The notes: a model not told the origin generated them from the sequence alone. Shown: positions 11,128-23,712, counted from the first letter of the whole stretch. The stretch is 63,067 nt of DNA, filler included, from Octopus bimaculoides (GCF_001194135.2; 6 parts of 6 records of this genome joined end to end with filler, not necessarily neighbours in it); one strand, 5' to 3'. Made by a program: numbers and translations.

Positions 11128-12152
11128 CCCTTTAGTGTTCAGATTAATCCATCAAATGTAATGCTTATCTGTTCACATTAATTTTGATTTATTCAGGTTC
11201 AAGAGGGGTGTCCACAATATTTGCTTGTAACTTTGTTAATTTTCTACATACAGATTTGAAATTTTGTAAATGGGTGCTTATATGCCAGTGGTTTATAGTT
11301 ACATAATTTTAGCTGATCTTTCTGATTAGATTTGACTTTAACAGGCAAGTAAATTTAATTAACAGGTGTAAAAATAATGGCATTATGAATAAACACTAAA
11401 ATTGAAATTCTTAATACATCTTACCTGTTTGATTTGTTGCTAAAATTATCCCAGATGTCAACTGCCAACAATTTTACATTTTTCAAGATGAGGTACATTA
11501 ATTTGAATTAATTAAAATACAGGTGTAATCGGTACAAGATTTTATTCTTTTTCTATATTTCATTCAAACGTTTTCATTGAAAATAAAGTACAAAACTCTT
11601 TTACTAGTCCAATGGTTGAGCATCAGGAGGTAAATTGCGTTGTGGACCAGTGTTTTCTGTGAAATTGGGAATAGTGATTGGTGTTGTAATCTTTGACCAT
11701 GTTGCCATGTTTACGATATCATTTTCATCACTTACATTTTTATCACTTTCGTTCTCAAAATCTTCCTCATCTGATGAATAATCACTAATATCGATATCAG
11801 ATTCATCTGAAGACAAAATACTCTTGTTTTCATTTATATTTTCTATATCGTCAAGAGTAAAACCTTCAAAGTCAGAATCGCTACTTGCTGATGCCATTTC
11901 TTTAAAAACTAAGGTACAGATTTCTCTTCAAACGTTGAAAAAAAAACCATGTGATCTAAACAATTTCACAGTATTTATACTTGAATAAAGATGGGAAAGG
12001 CTTCATCCTGCATTATCTCAAAGCTATAAGAATTCAATAACGTGATTTGTTTATTTTTTTAGCGATTTCGTAGAGCAGTCGGATATGGCCTGCTTAAACA
12101 AATAAAGGGGAATTCATTTTGGCCAGTTACGGCCGGTTTGAACACTAAAGGG
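11128..12152 (-). mobile_element. Internally deleted piggyBac element carrying the transposase N-terminus (ORF 11604-11897)
   Basis: TTAA TSDs at 11124-11127 and 12153-12156, and a 14-bp TIR CCCTTTAGTGTTCA. The peptide has an acidic SDSDFEGF start followed by W...F...GP...LP.DA.PLD, typical of PGBD4-like transposases. Confidence 0.88.
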
Positions 12153-12850
12153 TTAAAGGTGTTGACAATATAAATTGTGTATTTTTGAAAAATCACTTTT
12201 AAAGTTAAATATGTGACATTCTTCCGGCAAAATATTAATTTTTTACTTTCAGTGTCAATTCTATTTATTTATATTCGTATTGTGTTAAAGTGTTTATAAA
12301 CATTTGAGCTCCAATGTCTGTTTTGGTTTATTTTCTATGACAGGATCCCCTTCCTAACACCACCAGTCACTTTAACAGAGTGGAGAATAACATACATAAA
12401 TAATATTGGACTTGTGACTAAACTTTGTCTTTGATAAATGAATTAGCATTATTTGGATTTCTTTAAATTTTAAGACTACTTATTAGTTTTTAGTGTATAT
12501 TTTATTTTGTATCTGTCATTAGGTTGCATTCCATGGTTAGTATGCCAAAGGGTATCCATCATGTGTGTCTCATAATTGTTATCTTGTTTCATTCCATGAT
12601 GAGCAGGAGAAAGGGTGTCCACTTGTATCCAACATAATGCTGCAAAATAAAACCATATCACCCTCACTGGTACAGAACAATGGATGTAAAAAATATATGA
12701 AGTTAAAAAGTCTTTGATGGATTTTATAAATGATCATTTTAATTTTTTTTTATTCATAGGAGTTATTATATTGTGTATTTAATTATCTAATTACTCTATG
12801 ATGATCATTAAATAATTTATTTATAAAGAGTTATGTTTGTGCTGTTGCAG

Positions 12851-13170
12851 ACTAATGTAGTGAATTCAGTGAGTCCAAACATTGAGATGGATTTAGCAGC
12901 AGCACCAGCAGGTCCCCCGGTGACATTAGCACCTCAACCCATAGTCAGCCAATCCCTTTCACCCGTAGTTACCAGTGGTATATCGACTGCAGGCAGTCCC
13001 AGTCCAACATCAATCCATCCCACTCTGGCAGGTATGGCGCCACCAGTGCCACAGGTCCCCAATCAACAGCCTGCACAGCCTCCAGTCTCTGCACAAGAGC
13101 AGATGGCATTAATACATCAGTACATGTTCCAACAGCAACAGCAACAAATATTCCAGCATCAGTGGTTCAG
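12851..13170 (+). CDS. GIGYF2: GIGYF exon, P/Q-rich region (TNVVNSVSPN...QQQQQQIFQHQWFR)
   Basis: GCAG acceptor, AG|GTAAGG donor, phase 0 to 2, open frame. Confidence 0.88.
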
Positions 13171-13641
13171 GTAAGGATATTATCTGTTCACCCCTTAATC
13201 AAGAAACTCCATGTTGCCTTTCATAGCTATTTTACAAGTCAATAGAAATGGTTTTATTGTTTCTATTTTGAATAGTATTTAGGTTCAGTGTCAGGATTTG
13301 AGTTTGCATAGTTTTCACTATGAATTGAGGCACTACACTCCAATTGTTGATTGTTCCTCTCTTCCAATTTCAGTTTGAGACAATTTGCTTTCAAAAATTG
13401 TCAAATATTTTATATTTTGATAAAACAAAATGTCTGATTCAGTGTATGCCTGACTCTTCCCTACTGCCTAGTTTAAAGGTGTTTTTTTCTTTTTGGATCA
13501 TTGCATGCAATTGTAGAGCAATGCAAGGAATCAATTCTGATAATCACAGAAATGAATTCTGATTCATCACAAGTGTCCTTGCTTCCTTGGATGTTTCATA
13601 GCTGCTTATGTTTTTTTTGTTTTTTTTTGATTCTATATCAG

Positions 13642-13884
13642 ACACTTCCAAATGCAAATGGTGCAACAATTGCAGCAGCAGCAGCAACATCCACATCAGG
13701 CTGTTCCACAACCTCCTCCACCACAACTCTCTCATATTGACCTCTCCGATCCAGCTGTTGCCAGTAAGATGATGTCAATTCCAGACCAACAGGTGATGAT
13801 GCAGCTACTGAAATCTCAACCGATTATCTTGTCTGGTCAACAGCCACCACTCTTGGCACAGCAGCCACCCCACCCACCACCAGG
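13642..13884 (+). CDS. GIGYF2: GIGYF exon, Q/P-rich (RHFQMQMVQQLQQQQQHPHQ...QQPPHPPPG)
   Basis: TCAG acceptor, GG|GTAAGG donor, phase 2-2. Confidence 0.88.
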
Positions 13885-14129
13885 GTAAGGATTTCTCTCT
13901 TACACTTATCATTTTATTTTATTTTCATTTTATCTAGTTTCAGCTCATGAGCTGTGGCCATGCTGGGGCACCGCCATTTAAAAAATTATTTAAAAAAATT
14001 ATTTTAACTTTTTGGCATTCTATACTCTTTTCAATGCTTTCTTCAGAATCTATTACTATTTGTAGAAATGGGGAAAATATCAGAATAAGTACTTTATAGT
14101 ATTTAGTTTTAGTACTTATGTTATGTGAA

Positions 14130-14740
14130 GGCACATAGCTTAGTGGTTGAACTCACGATTGCTAGATTGCAGGCTTGATTCCTAGACTGGGAAGCGCATT
14201 GTGTTCTTGAGCAAAACACTTCATTTTATGTTGCTCCAGTCCACTCAGCTAATGGTTAGGATGTTACATTCGTGATTTCTAGATTGTGGTTTCAATTCCT
14301 GGACTGGGCAATACATTGTGTTCTTGAGCAAAACACTTCATTTTATGTTGTTCTGTGGGTGGGAGAGCGGCGGCAGAATCGTTGGCACATCAGTATAAGT
14401 GCTTTACGGTATATCTTCCATTTTGAGTTCACATCCCACCTGCCTGAAGAAGGGCAAAGGAATCCACCCCAGTATTCATCCCATGGTAGCCAAAATTCCA
14501 GTAATCTATTTAACAGCAGCAGGGGAGTGTCCAGCTCTTCCCAGGTTATACAGGAAGTGCTGGAGAAGATTCGCATGCACAGGACCAACTGTCCCTATAC
14601 TAGAACTGAAGTTATGTGTTCAAATCTCACTGGAGTCAATTCAGCTTTTCATGACTCAGGAGTTAATAAAATAAGTACTGGCCGTATACTTGGATTGATT
14701 CATTCAAGTTCAAGCTTGCCAACAAAATTTGAAGTGTTGT
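14130..14740 (+). mobile_element. Cluster of SINE fragments (CORE-like and Meta-like)
   Basis: GTGTTCTTGAGCAAAACACTTCATTTTATGTTG occurs twice, alongside tRNA-like heads and an AATAAAATAAGTAC core. Confidence 0.6.
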
Positions 14741-14834
14741 GCTCATGTAATAAGTCAGTTTTTATTGTTGTTTTATACTTTCCATAAATTATCAAGGGTT
14801 TATTATTAATACTGGATAGTTTTTTTTTAATGTA

Positions 14835-15994
14835 CAGGGTGTCCACAAGGTCTGGGTACATGGAGTAAATAAAATCATAACATAAACAATTAAATATAAG
14901 AAATAATAATTTCTTAAAGTATGTGTTAATCCCCATGTGGGTACATGGAGTAAATAAAATCCTAACATAAACAATTAAATATAAGTAATAATAATTTCTT
15001 AAAGTATGTGTCNNNNNNNNNNNNNNNNNNNNNNNNNNNNNNNNNNNNNNNNNNNNNNNNNNNNNNNNNNNNNNNNNNNNNNNNNNNNNNNNNNNNNNNN
15101 NNNNNNNNNNNNNNNNNNNNNNNNNNNNNNNNNNNNNNNNNNNNNNNNNNNNNNNNNNNNNNNNNNNNNNNNNNNNNNNNNNNNNNNNNNNNNNNNNNNN
15201 NNNNNNNNNNNNNNNNNNNNNNNNNNNNNNNNNNNNNNNNNNNNNNNNNNNNNNNNNNNNNNNNNNNNNNNNNNNNNNNNNNNNNNNNNNNNNNNNNNNN
15301 NNNNNNNNNNNNNNNNNNNNNNNNNNNNNNNNNNNNNNNNNNNNNNNNNNNNNNNNNNNNNNNNNNNNNNNNNNNNNNNNNNNNNNNNNNNNNNNNNNNN
15401 NNNNNNNNNNNNNNNNNNNNNNNNNNNNNNNNNNNNNNNNNNNNNNNNNNNNNNNNNNNNNNNNNNNNNNNNNNNNNNNNNNNNNNNNNNNNNNNNNNNN
15501 NNNNNNNNNNNNNNNNNNNNNNNNNNNNNNNNNNNNNNNNNNNNNNNNNNNNNNNNNNNNNNNNNNNNNNNNNNNNNNNNNNNNNNNNNNNNNNNNNNNN
15601 NNNNNNNNNNNNNNNNNNNNNNNNNNNNNNNNNNNNNNNNNNNNNNNNNNNNNNNNNNNNNNNNNNNNNNNNNNNNNNNNNNNNNNNNNNNNNNNNNNNN
15701 NNNNNNNNNNNNNNNNNNNTACATGGAGTAAATAAAATCATAACATAAACAATTAAATATAAGAAATAATAATTTCTTAAAGTATGTGTTAATCCCCATG
15801 TGGGTACATGGAGTAAATAAAATCATAACATAAACAATTAAATATAAGAAATAATAATTTCTTAAAGTATGTGTTAATCCCCATGTGGGTACATGGAGTA
15901 AATAAAATCCTAACATAAACAATTAAATATAAGTAATAATAATTTCTTAAAGTATGTGTCAATCTCCATGTACCCAGACTTTGTGGACACCCTG
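14835..15994. mobile_element. Tc1/mariner-type MITE with an internal 85-bp tandem repeat (spans a gap)
   Basis: TA TSD and a ~31-bp TIR CAGGGTGTCCACAA(G/A)GTCTGGGTACATGGAG. The 85-bp unit starts at 14854 and 14939 and occurs again after the gap. Confidence 0.85.
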
Positions 15995-16283
15995 TACATC
16001 AAGACCCCCAAAATCTTCAGATACTGTTGTGTGCTTTATGTTGTTAGTGCATGGCCTGTAAGGCCCTTTTTTTAAAGTCTGTACAATCTTTTGAGACCCT
16101 TGTTGAAAGCTATAAATATCAGTAATCCAAAAGAAGTTGTAATTATTATATTTTGAAAGAAACCATCATTGTTATTATTATTAGCATCAATGATATTAAT
16201 TGGAAATATTGTAGAATTTTCTACACTTTTCTTTGACAAACAGATGTTTTAACATATTTTATTTTGCGTGTCTCCTTAACCAG

Positions 16284-16417
16284 AGTTGCTACATTTAGCG
16301 CCCCACATCCTGAAGCTTCAGTCCCACAGCAATCAGTATTCCATCGCTCTTTCTCGCAGCCTGCTGATTCCACAGAAAACGAAGAAACATCAATATGGGG
16401 CAATTCTGTCGGTTCAG
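16284..16417 (+). CDS. GIGYF2: GIGYF exon (GVATFSAPHPEASVPQQSVFHRSFSQPADSTENEETSIWGNSVGS)
   Basis: CCAG acceptor, CAG|GTAACT donor. Phase 2 to 1 fits both neighbours. Contains an SIW motif. Confidence 0.85.
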
Positions 16418-16714
16418 GTAACTCTTAACAGCTTTTTAAACAGTTGCTTTTCATGTTTTTATGCTGTAAATTATTTTCAATGTTCTTTACATTCCTTCTT
16501 GAGATTCACCAACAATCAGTTGCTCTCTATCCAGATACAGTTTAGTTTATAGAGAAGTTGGCTATTGATTTTTTTTACAAACAGTATACTAAATCCATTG
16601 AGGACTTTGTAAATCTAATCCTGCTTTAGTCTGTCTAACTGTTATGTTACAAGACACATACAAAATAATTTGCAAGTTTGTGTGGATGTACACTTATAAT
16701 CACATATTTATAGG

Positions 16715-17055
16715 TGCAGGCATGGCTTGCTTCCCATGTGATCTTGCGTTGAATCTCACTGCACGGCACTTTGTAACGCTAGGGTTGCTCAAAGCCTTAC
16801 GAGTGGATTTGGTAAACAGAAACTAAAATAAGCTCATCGTGTATGTGTGTGTGTTCATGTGTACTATTGGCTAGGCATCACACTGTGGTCGTAAATCAAC
16901 ATCGTTGTTATACAAGCAAAGCTTTTTACTTACAGTCATCTGTGGAAAACCTAACTATGGGAAAATGTAACATTATCTGGATGCAGAGGAGAGAAAATTT
17001 GCCTCCAAAATTTATGTCTGATCCATGCAAGCTCGGAAAACTGGACAGTAAATGA
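16715..17055 (+). mobile_element. SINE (CORE-like head with RTE-like tail)
   Basis: Shares CAAAGCCTT..GAGTGGATTTGGTA.ACAGAAACT and the CCATGCAAGC..GGAAAA tail with the copies at 40200 and 49220. Confidence 0.6.
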
Positions 17056-17353
17056 ACTTGTATTACTTATAAGTTTTCAGTTAGGAATTCCTATGCTGTA
17101 GTTCTGCTCTAGTACCATAGTATATTCACAATAATTATCATCAAACAAAATGTTGCAATGGAATGTCTTGTATGGCCTATAAGCAGAAGGAAGTTTGTCA
17201 TATCTTGTATGCAGGGACGAGGTTGCACTTTATTCATCATCTAACCCTTTTACTGAATCGTCAACAATGGGAGGCCCGATACCATTGTTCTGCTACAAAA
17301 ACGAATTTCATCTTTTGGTCAAATGCTTAATACCTACTCCTTTTATTTATCAG

Positions 17354-17460
17354 ATAACTGGTCACAGCCAACAAGTGTTTGGGATTTGGCCCCTACAGGG
17401 CCGCCTGCAGGTTTACCACTTCCAAGTGAGCTTCCTCCAGGAAAAGTTATCAATGTACAG
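17354..17460 (+). CDS. GIGYF2: GIGYF exon (DNWSQPTSVWDLAPTGPPAGLPLPSELPPGKVINVQ)
   Basis: ATCAG acceptor, CAG|GTATGA donor, phase 1 to 0. SVWDL motif is typical of GIGYF. Confidence 0.88.
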
Positions 17461-17759
17461 GTATGAATACGTTTTTCTTTCTCTTTCCTTTTTGCAAATA
17501 CTATCATTAATTGAGATTTCTTAATTACTCAGTCAGTCAATAGAATATGGATATTGTGCTAAAATAGGATTATAATTGTTCTTAACAAGTTTTACCTGTA
17601 TTGCGACTAGCCACAAACCAGCTTTACTAGACAATGTGTTACAGTCAATTGCAATGGGATCTGGTTTGTTACTAGTGTCATACATATTAGCTACAGCTAC
17701 ATTATATAACATCATTAAATCTTAAGTGAACTGCCATTGTCGTAAAGATGTCTGTATAC

Positions 17760-18345
17760 ATCATCATCATCATCATCATCATCATCGTGTAACATCCGCT
17801 TTCCATGCTGGCATGGGTTGGACGATTTGATTGAAGACTGTCGAACCAGATGGCTGCACCAGGCTCCAATCTGATCTGGTAGAGTTTCTACGGCTGGATG
17901 CCCTTCCTAACGCCAACCACTCCGAGGGTGTAGTGGGTGCTTTTACGTGCCATCGGCACGAGGGCCAGTCAGGCGGTACTGGCAACGGNNNNNNNNNNCT
18001 GGATGCCCTTCCTAACGCCAACCACTCCGAGGGTGTAGTGGGTGCTTTTACGTGCCATCGGCACGAGGGCCAGTCAGGCGGTACTGGCAACGGCCACGCT
18101 CAAATGGTGTTTTTTACATGCCACCTACACAGGAGCCAGTCCAGCAGCATTGGCAACGACCTCGCTTGAATGTAGTTTTTCACGTGCCACCGGCACAAGT
18201 GCCAGTGAGGCAACGTTGATAACAATCACACTCAAATGGTGCTTTTTACGTCCCACCGGCACGGAAGTCAGTCAGCTGCTCTGACAATGATCATGCTCGG
18301 ATGGTGCTGTTAGCGCTCCACTGGCACGGGTGCCAGTCATCGAAT
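17760..18345 (-). mobile_element. RTE-tail-like SINE with internal TTTTACGTGCCACCGGCAC subrepeats
   Basis: (CAT)n tail and GGATGCCCTTCCTAACGCCAACC motif. Same family as 8003-8225 and 42920-43140. Confidence 0.75.
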
Positions 18346-18689
18346 TTACATGATATGTATATATACACAAGAAACACGATTAAGTAGAATTCTTGTAATG
18401 GCGTATCACACATACACACACACATATTTATTAGTCTTCCATTTAATTATTATAACTCCATGCAAATCACAATATCAAGTTATTGTTTGTTAGTATTCAA
18501 CATTAAATATATTTAACAATAAATAGAACCCAATTGTATCTTTTTGATCGTTCAGGTTCTTTAACTCCGCGTATAAAGTGGTTTTGTTTTTGCTTATGAA
18601 AAACATGTCACAATTTTGCTAAACCTGTTCATTGCTGAGCAGGTTTCCTATCACTCTGCAATTATTTGCCGTATTATGTTTTTGTCTAG

Positions 18690-18881
18690 GAACATGAAGA
18701 GATGGAACGGAAGGAGATAGAAGAGAAAGAGCGAAAGGAAGAGGAACTGCGCAAGTTGGAGGAGCTACGCAGACAGGAAGAACAGCTACGGCGTGAGAAG
18801 GAAGAATTTGAGAGGGAGAAGGAAGAAATTAGGAGACAGAAAGAAGAGCTTGAAATGAAGAAAAACCATGAGTTGCAATTG
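18690..18881 (+). CDS. GIGYF2: GIGYF exon, E/R/K-rich coiled coil (EHEEMERKEIEEKERKEEELRK...NHELQL); gene truncated downstream at the assembly join
   Basis: CTAG acceptor, TTG|GTAAGA donor, 64 codons, phase 0-0. All 14 exons join into one open frame of 2210 nt. Confidence 0.9.
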
Positions 18882-19448
18882 GTAAGAAATCTTTTTCTGT
18901 AGTTGGGGGTGGGGCTCTGCCTGCCCCCATTTGATAGATATTTCAAACAGTGGGTATAGTTTTTCACTTAAGTTTTAAAATTCAGCTATGAGCAGCGATT
19001 TAAGTTGCTGTGATGGTTGGCTTTACTATCATTGGAAATTAGAGAAAAGGAGAGAGAGAGAGAATTGAAATAATATAAAGGAAAATAAATGGCTATTCAA
19101 CCACTAACAGGGTTGTTTCAACGTTATGACCCTAAAAGCAACATGCATTTTGATGGAAGTTTGTGTTCAGTGTTTCTGTATCTTGCTTTCAGCCATCAGA
19201 CATCAATAATACTTAAAGAAAATTTGTTGATAATTCCTTATTGAAACAAATAGAATAAAAGTCCCTTACATTATTTACATTATTTACATTTGACGGATAT
19301 TTGTCCTCATCTTGTTTATTGTTAACACAACGTTTCGGCTGATATACCCTCCAGCCTTCGTAAGGTGTCTTGGGGAAATTTCGAACCTGGGTTCTCATTC
19401 CTAACGATGTTACTATTATTACATCGTTAAGAATGAGAACCCAGGTTC

Positions 19449-19548
19449 NNNNNNNNNNNNNNNNNNNNNNNNNNNNNNNNNNNNNNNNNNNNTTAATTAA
19501 TTAANNNNNNNNNNNNNNNNNNNNNNNNNNNNNNNNNNNNNNNNNNNN
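19449..19548. other. Artificial assembly spacer (44 N + TTAATTAATTAA + 44 N)
   Basis: The identical 100-nt pattern occurs five times. The 12-mer gives stops in all six frames. Confidence 0.95.
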
Positions 19549-19623
19549 ATATATTTATATCCACACACATAAAGAGAGGGGAAGAGAGAGACAGACAGGC
19601 TGACAGTTAGATCGATACAGAGG

Positions 19624-19675
<52 letters not shown>

Positions 19676-20157
19676 CAGACAGACAAACAGGTAGATAGTC
19701 ATCCATACATACAGACAGACATAGCAGCAGACAGACAGGTAACAGATAGACGGATATATATACTGATAGAATTTGCAGAAACTCACAGTAATCTATTTCA
19801 GCGATCGATATATTTTGGTATCGCTTCTTTGACTACACTACTTGAGAAAATCGTTTAGTACAAGATCGAACCTTATTATAGCTTCTGATATCATACACCG
19901 ATCATTTCGTATCATTTAGAAATTAAGCATGATCTGGAATTATTGTGAATCCTATATTAGGATATCTGGGAGCATCAGGAATTTTATATTCAATCTATTC
20001 TGATTTTCGCGACTTAAGCGAAGAGATACTGTGATTTTTCCAGGAATTAATTCCAAGAATAATTGGGCAGTAACGCGTTATACATACGCTACGCATACAT
20101 ACCGCATACACATACCACACACACACACAGATATGTAAATAGGTGAGNNNNNNNNNN

Positions 20158-20191
<34 letters not shown>

Positions 20192-20281
20192 TTATATACT
20201 ATGTCATATATGTGTGTGCATGTGTTTGTGCATTATGTATATTTGTATATATTTATGTGTGTATTATGTGTGTGTGTATAC

Positions 20282-20312
<31 letters not shown>

Positions 20313-20313
20313 C

Positions 20314-20344
<31 letters not shown>

Positions 20345-21617
20345 CATATATATATACANNNNNNNNNNNNNNNNNNNNNNNNNNNNNNNNNNNNNNNNNN
20401 NNNNNNNNNNNNNNNNNNNNNNNNNNNNNNNNNNNNNNNNNNNNNNNNNNNNNNNNNNNNNNNNNNNNNNNNNNNNNNNNNNNNNNNNNNNNNNNNNNNN
20501 NNNNNNNNNNNNNNNNNNNNNNNNNNNNNNNNNNNNNNNNNNNNNNNNNNNNNNNNNNNNNNNNNNNNNNNNNNNNNNNNNNNNNNNNNNNNNNNNNNNN
20601 NNNNNNNNNNNNNNNNNNNNACACACACACACACACATGCAAAATGAGATAAAGCAAAAAGTGGTAACTTTCAGGCGACGAATATTTAAGTATGAATGAA
20701 TATACAGACATTTATATTAATTGACCCAACTTACACAGAGTACAAACGGCAGAAGAAATTAAAGGAGTGGAAGAAAGGGGTTATAAGTCCAACAGCTGTT
20801 TCTGGGGTCTCAGAGATCCATCATAATGTTGGCAGATGTAGTTCATCACAATATACGGCCGTAATGGAAGCAATCACCATTGGATAAGACTAGCTTCCGC
20901 AATCAGGATAGAAAAGATCTTACTTTTTAGATCTTTATACAGATAAGTAGAGAAATATTATGATGGATCTCTATTTTAGGTACGAGTACTATCAACATAC
21001 TCTTGTTAAGATTAAGAGCGAAACATTACTTATGTAACGAGAAACTGAGTTACATCACCTGACGAAATGCTCCTGCACAATGGGGTACACCATAATTCAT
21101 TATATAGCTTTCCACCCGCGAGAGAGCGATGCAGAATGTGACGGAAACGATTGTTGTGATAAATATACTTTCCAGTATATTCTATGTTCCGTATCCATTG
21201 TTTCTACTATACTCAACGTGTACTGAGCAATTCCTAATGTAGATTTTGCGACGAATGTGCAATTACAGTGAATGACGCCAGGTAGACATAGCCAGTGAAC
21301 GTGCTTTGCCGGCATACTACTAGGGACTTACCCAATGCGCAAAGTTTAAATTTAAAATTTAATCTTAACTTTAATATATATGGGAGAGGCAGCTGAAAGT
21401 GTCCCTTGTTGTCTTTGGAGCAAAAGAGAAGAGTTAAGTTGGAAGCCAGGAGGAGAGGAGGAGCAGTGACTTGGCGAACTCTGCTGCCCCACCAACGTTG
21501 CGGTTCAGGGTCGAAACACCCGATGAACGTTGGATAACGTCTGACGACATCAGGAACTGATGGCCAAAGCTCCATCCACTTTGGTGAATGAAAAATGCAC
21601 CTCCTTACAGGTGTTAT

Positions 21618-21658
<41 letters not shown>

Positions 21659-22616
21659 NNNNNNNNNNNNNNNNNNNNNNNNNNNNNNNNNNNNNNNNNN
21701 NNNNNNNNNNNNNNNNNNNNNNNNNNNNNNNNNNNNNNNNNNNNNNNNNNNNNNNNNNNNNNNNNNNNNNNNNNNNNNNNNNNNNNNNNNNNNNNNNNNN
21801 NNNNNNNNNNNNNNNNNNNNNNNNNNNNNNNNNNNNNNNNNNNNNNNNNNNNNNNNNNNNNNNNNNNNNNNNNNNNNNNNNNNNNNNNNNNNNNNNNNNN
21901 NNNNNNNNNNNNNNNNNNNNNNNNNNNNNNNNNNNNNNNNNNNNNNNNNNNNNNNNNNNNNNNNNNNNNNNNNNNNNNNNNNNNNNNNNNNNNNNNNNNN
22001 NNNNNNNNNNNNNNNNNNNNNNNNNNNNNNNNNNNNNNNNNNNNNNNNNNNNNNNNNNNNNNNNNNNNNNNNNNNNNNNNNNNNNNNNNNNNNNNNNNNN
22101 NNNNNNNNNNNNNNNNNNNNNNNNNNNNNNNNNNNNNNNNNNNNNNNNNNNNNNNNNNNNNNNNNNNNNNNNNNNNNNNNNNNNNNNNNNNNNNNNNNNN
22201 NNNNNNNNNNNNNNNNNNNNNNNNNNNNNNNNNNNNNNNNNNNNNNNNNNNNNNNNNNNNNNNNNNNNNNNNNNNNNNNNNNNNNNNNNNNNNNNNNNNN
22301 NNNNNNNNNNNNNNNNNNNNNNNNNNNNNNNNNNNNNNNNNNNNNNNNNNNNNNNNNNNNNNNNNNNNNNNNNNNNNNNNNNNNNNNNNNNNNNNNNNNN
22401 NNNNNNNNNNNNNNNNNNNNNNNNNNNNNNNNNNNNNNNNNNNNNNNNNNNNNNNNNNNNNNNNNNNNNNNNNNNNNNNNNNNNNNNNNNNNNNNNNNNN
22501 NNNNNNNNNNNNNNNNNNNNNNNNNNNNNNNNNNNGATATAATCGACTTAATCCCTTCCCCCAAATTTGAGGCCTTGTGCTTTCAGTGGAAAGGATTTTT
22601 ATTATTATTATTTTTT

Positions 22617-22656
<40 letters not shown>

Positions 22657-22718
22657 CAGTAGTAGTAGTAGCAGTAGTAGTAGTTCTTCTTATTGTTGTT
22701 GTTGTTGTTGTATACAGG

Positions 22719-22753
<35 letters not shown>

Positions 22754-22918
22754 TTTACATTCTGAGTTCACTACTACTACTACTGCTGCTGCTGCTGCCA
22801 CAGCTACTACGACTACCATTACTACTGCTACTGCTGCTACCTGACTGCCACTACTACTACTACAACCACTACTATTGCTACTGCTACTGCTACTATTACT
22901 GCTACCAATACTACTACA

Positions 22919-22975
<57 letters not shown>
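22617..22975. repeat. Compound trinucleotide microsatellite: (TAG)n, (TTG)n, then (CTA/CTG)n
   Basis: Seen directly. It is the source of the poly-S/V/Y/T/L ORFs. Confidence 0.95.
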
Positions 22976-22976
<1 letters not shown>

Positions 22977-23675
22977 GTATATGTAACTTTGGGTGGAGAC
23001 CAGAAAGTTTTTCGGGGCGGAGATAACAAGAGGAATTGGAGGAGGCAGGAAAGAAAGAAAAAAAATGTAAAGACTNNNNNNNNNNNNNNNNNNNNNNNNN
23101 NNNNNNNNNNNNNNNNNNNNNNNNNNNNNNNNNNNNNNNNNNNNNNNNNNNNNNNNNNNNNNNNNNNNNNNNNNNNNNNNNNNNNNNNNNNNNNNNNNNN
23201 NNNNNNNNNNNNNNNNNNNNNNNNNNNNNNNNNNNNNNNNNNNNNNNNNNNNNNNNNNNNNNNNNNNNNNNNNNNNNNNNNNNNNNNNNNNNNNNNNNNN
23301 NNNNNNNNNNNNNNNNNNNNNNNNNNNNNNNNNNNNNNNNNNNNNNNNNNNNNNNNNNNNNNNNNNNNNNNNNNNNNNNNNNNNNNNNNNNNNNNNNNNN
23401 NNNNNNNNNNNNNNNNNNNNNNNNNNNNNNNNNNNNNNNNNNNNNNNNNNNNNNNNNNNNNNNNNNNNNNNNNNNNNNNNNNNNNNNNNNNNNNNNNNNN
23501 NNNNNNNNNNNNNNNNNNNNNNNNNNNNNNNNNNNNNNNNNNNNNNNNNNNNNNNNNNNNNNNNNNNNNNNNNNNNNNNNNNNNNNNNNNNNNNNNNNNN
23601 NNNNNNNNNNNNNNNNNNNNNNNNNNNNNNNNNNNNNNNNNNNNNNNNNNNNNNNNNNNNNNNNNNNNNNNNNNN

Positions 23676-23712
<37 letters not shown>

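Noticed and set aside
14272-14787. 171-aa ORF in a GIGYF intron
   Set aside because: It overlaps SINE fragments and has no recognisable domain. Exons 13884 and 16284 already join in phase without it.
16271-16283. TCCTTAAC, the U12 branch-point consensus, before a GIGYF exon
   Set aside because: It is only about 3 nt from the AG, and the upstream donor (13885) is U2-type GTAAGG.
17894-18093. Exact 95-bp direct repeat across a 10-N gap
   Set aside because: Typical of overlapping contig ends, so most likely an assembly artefact.
19493-19504. Recurrent TTAATTAATTAA motif as a possible biological repeat or CRISPR-like array
   Set aside because: It is always centred in exactly 44+44 N, so it is synthetic.
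20640-21620. Non-repetitive, somewhat GC-richer stretches with short ORFs
   Set aside because: No consistent splice-flanked open frame or recognisable protein.
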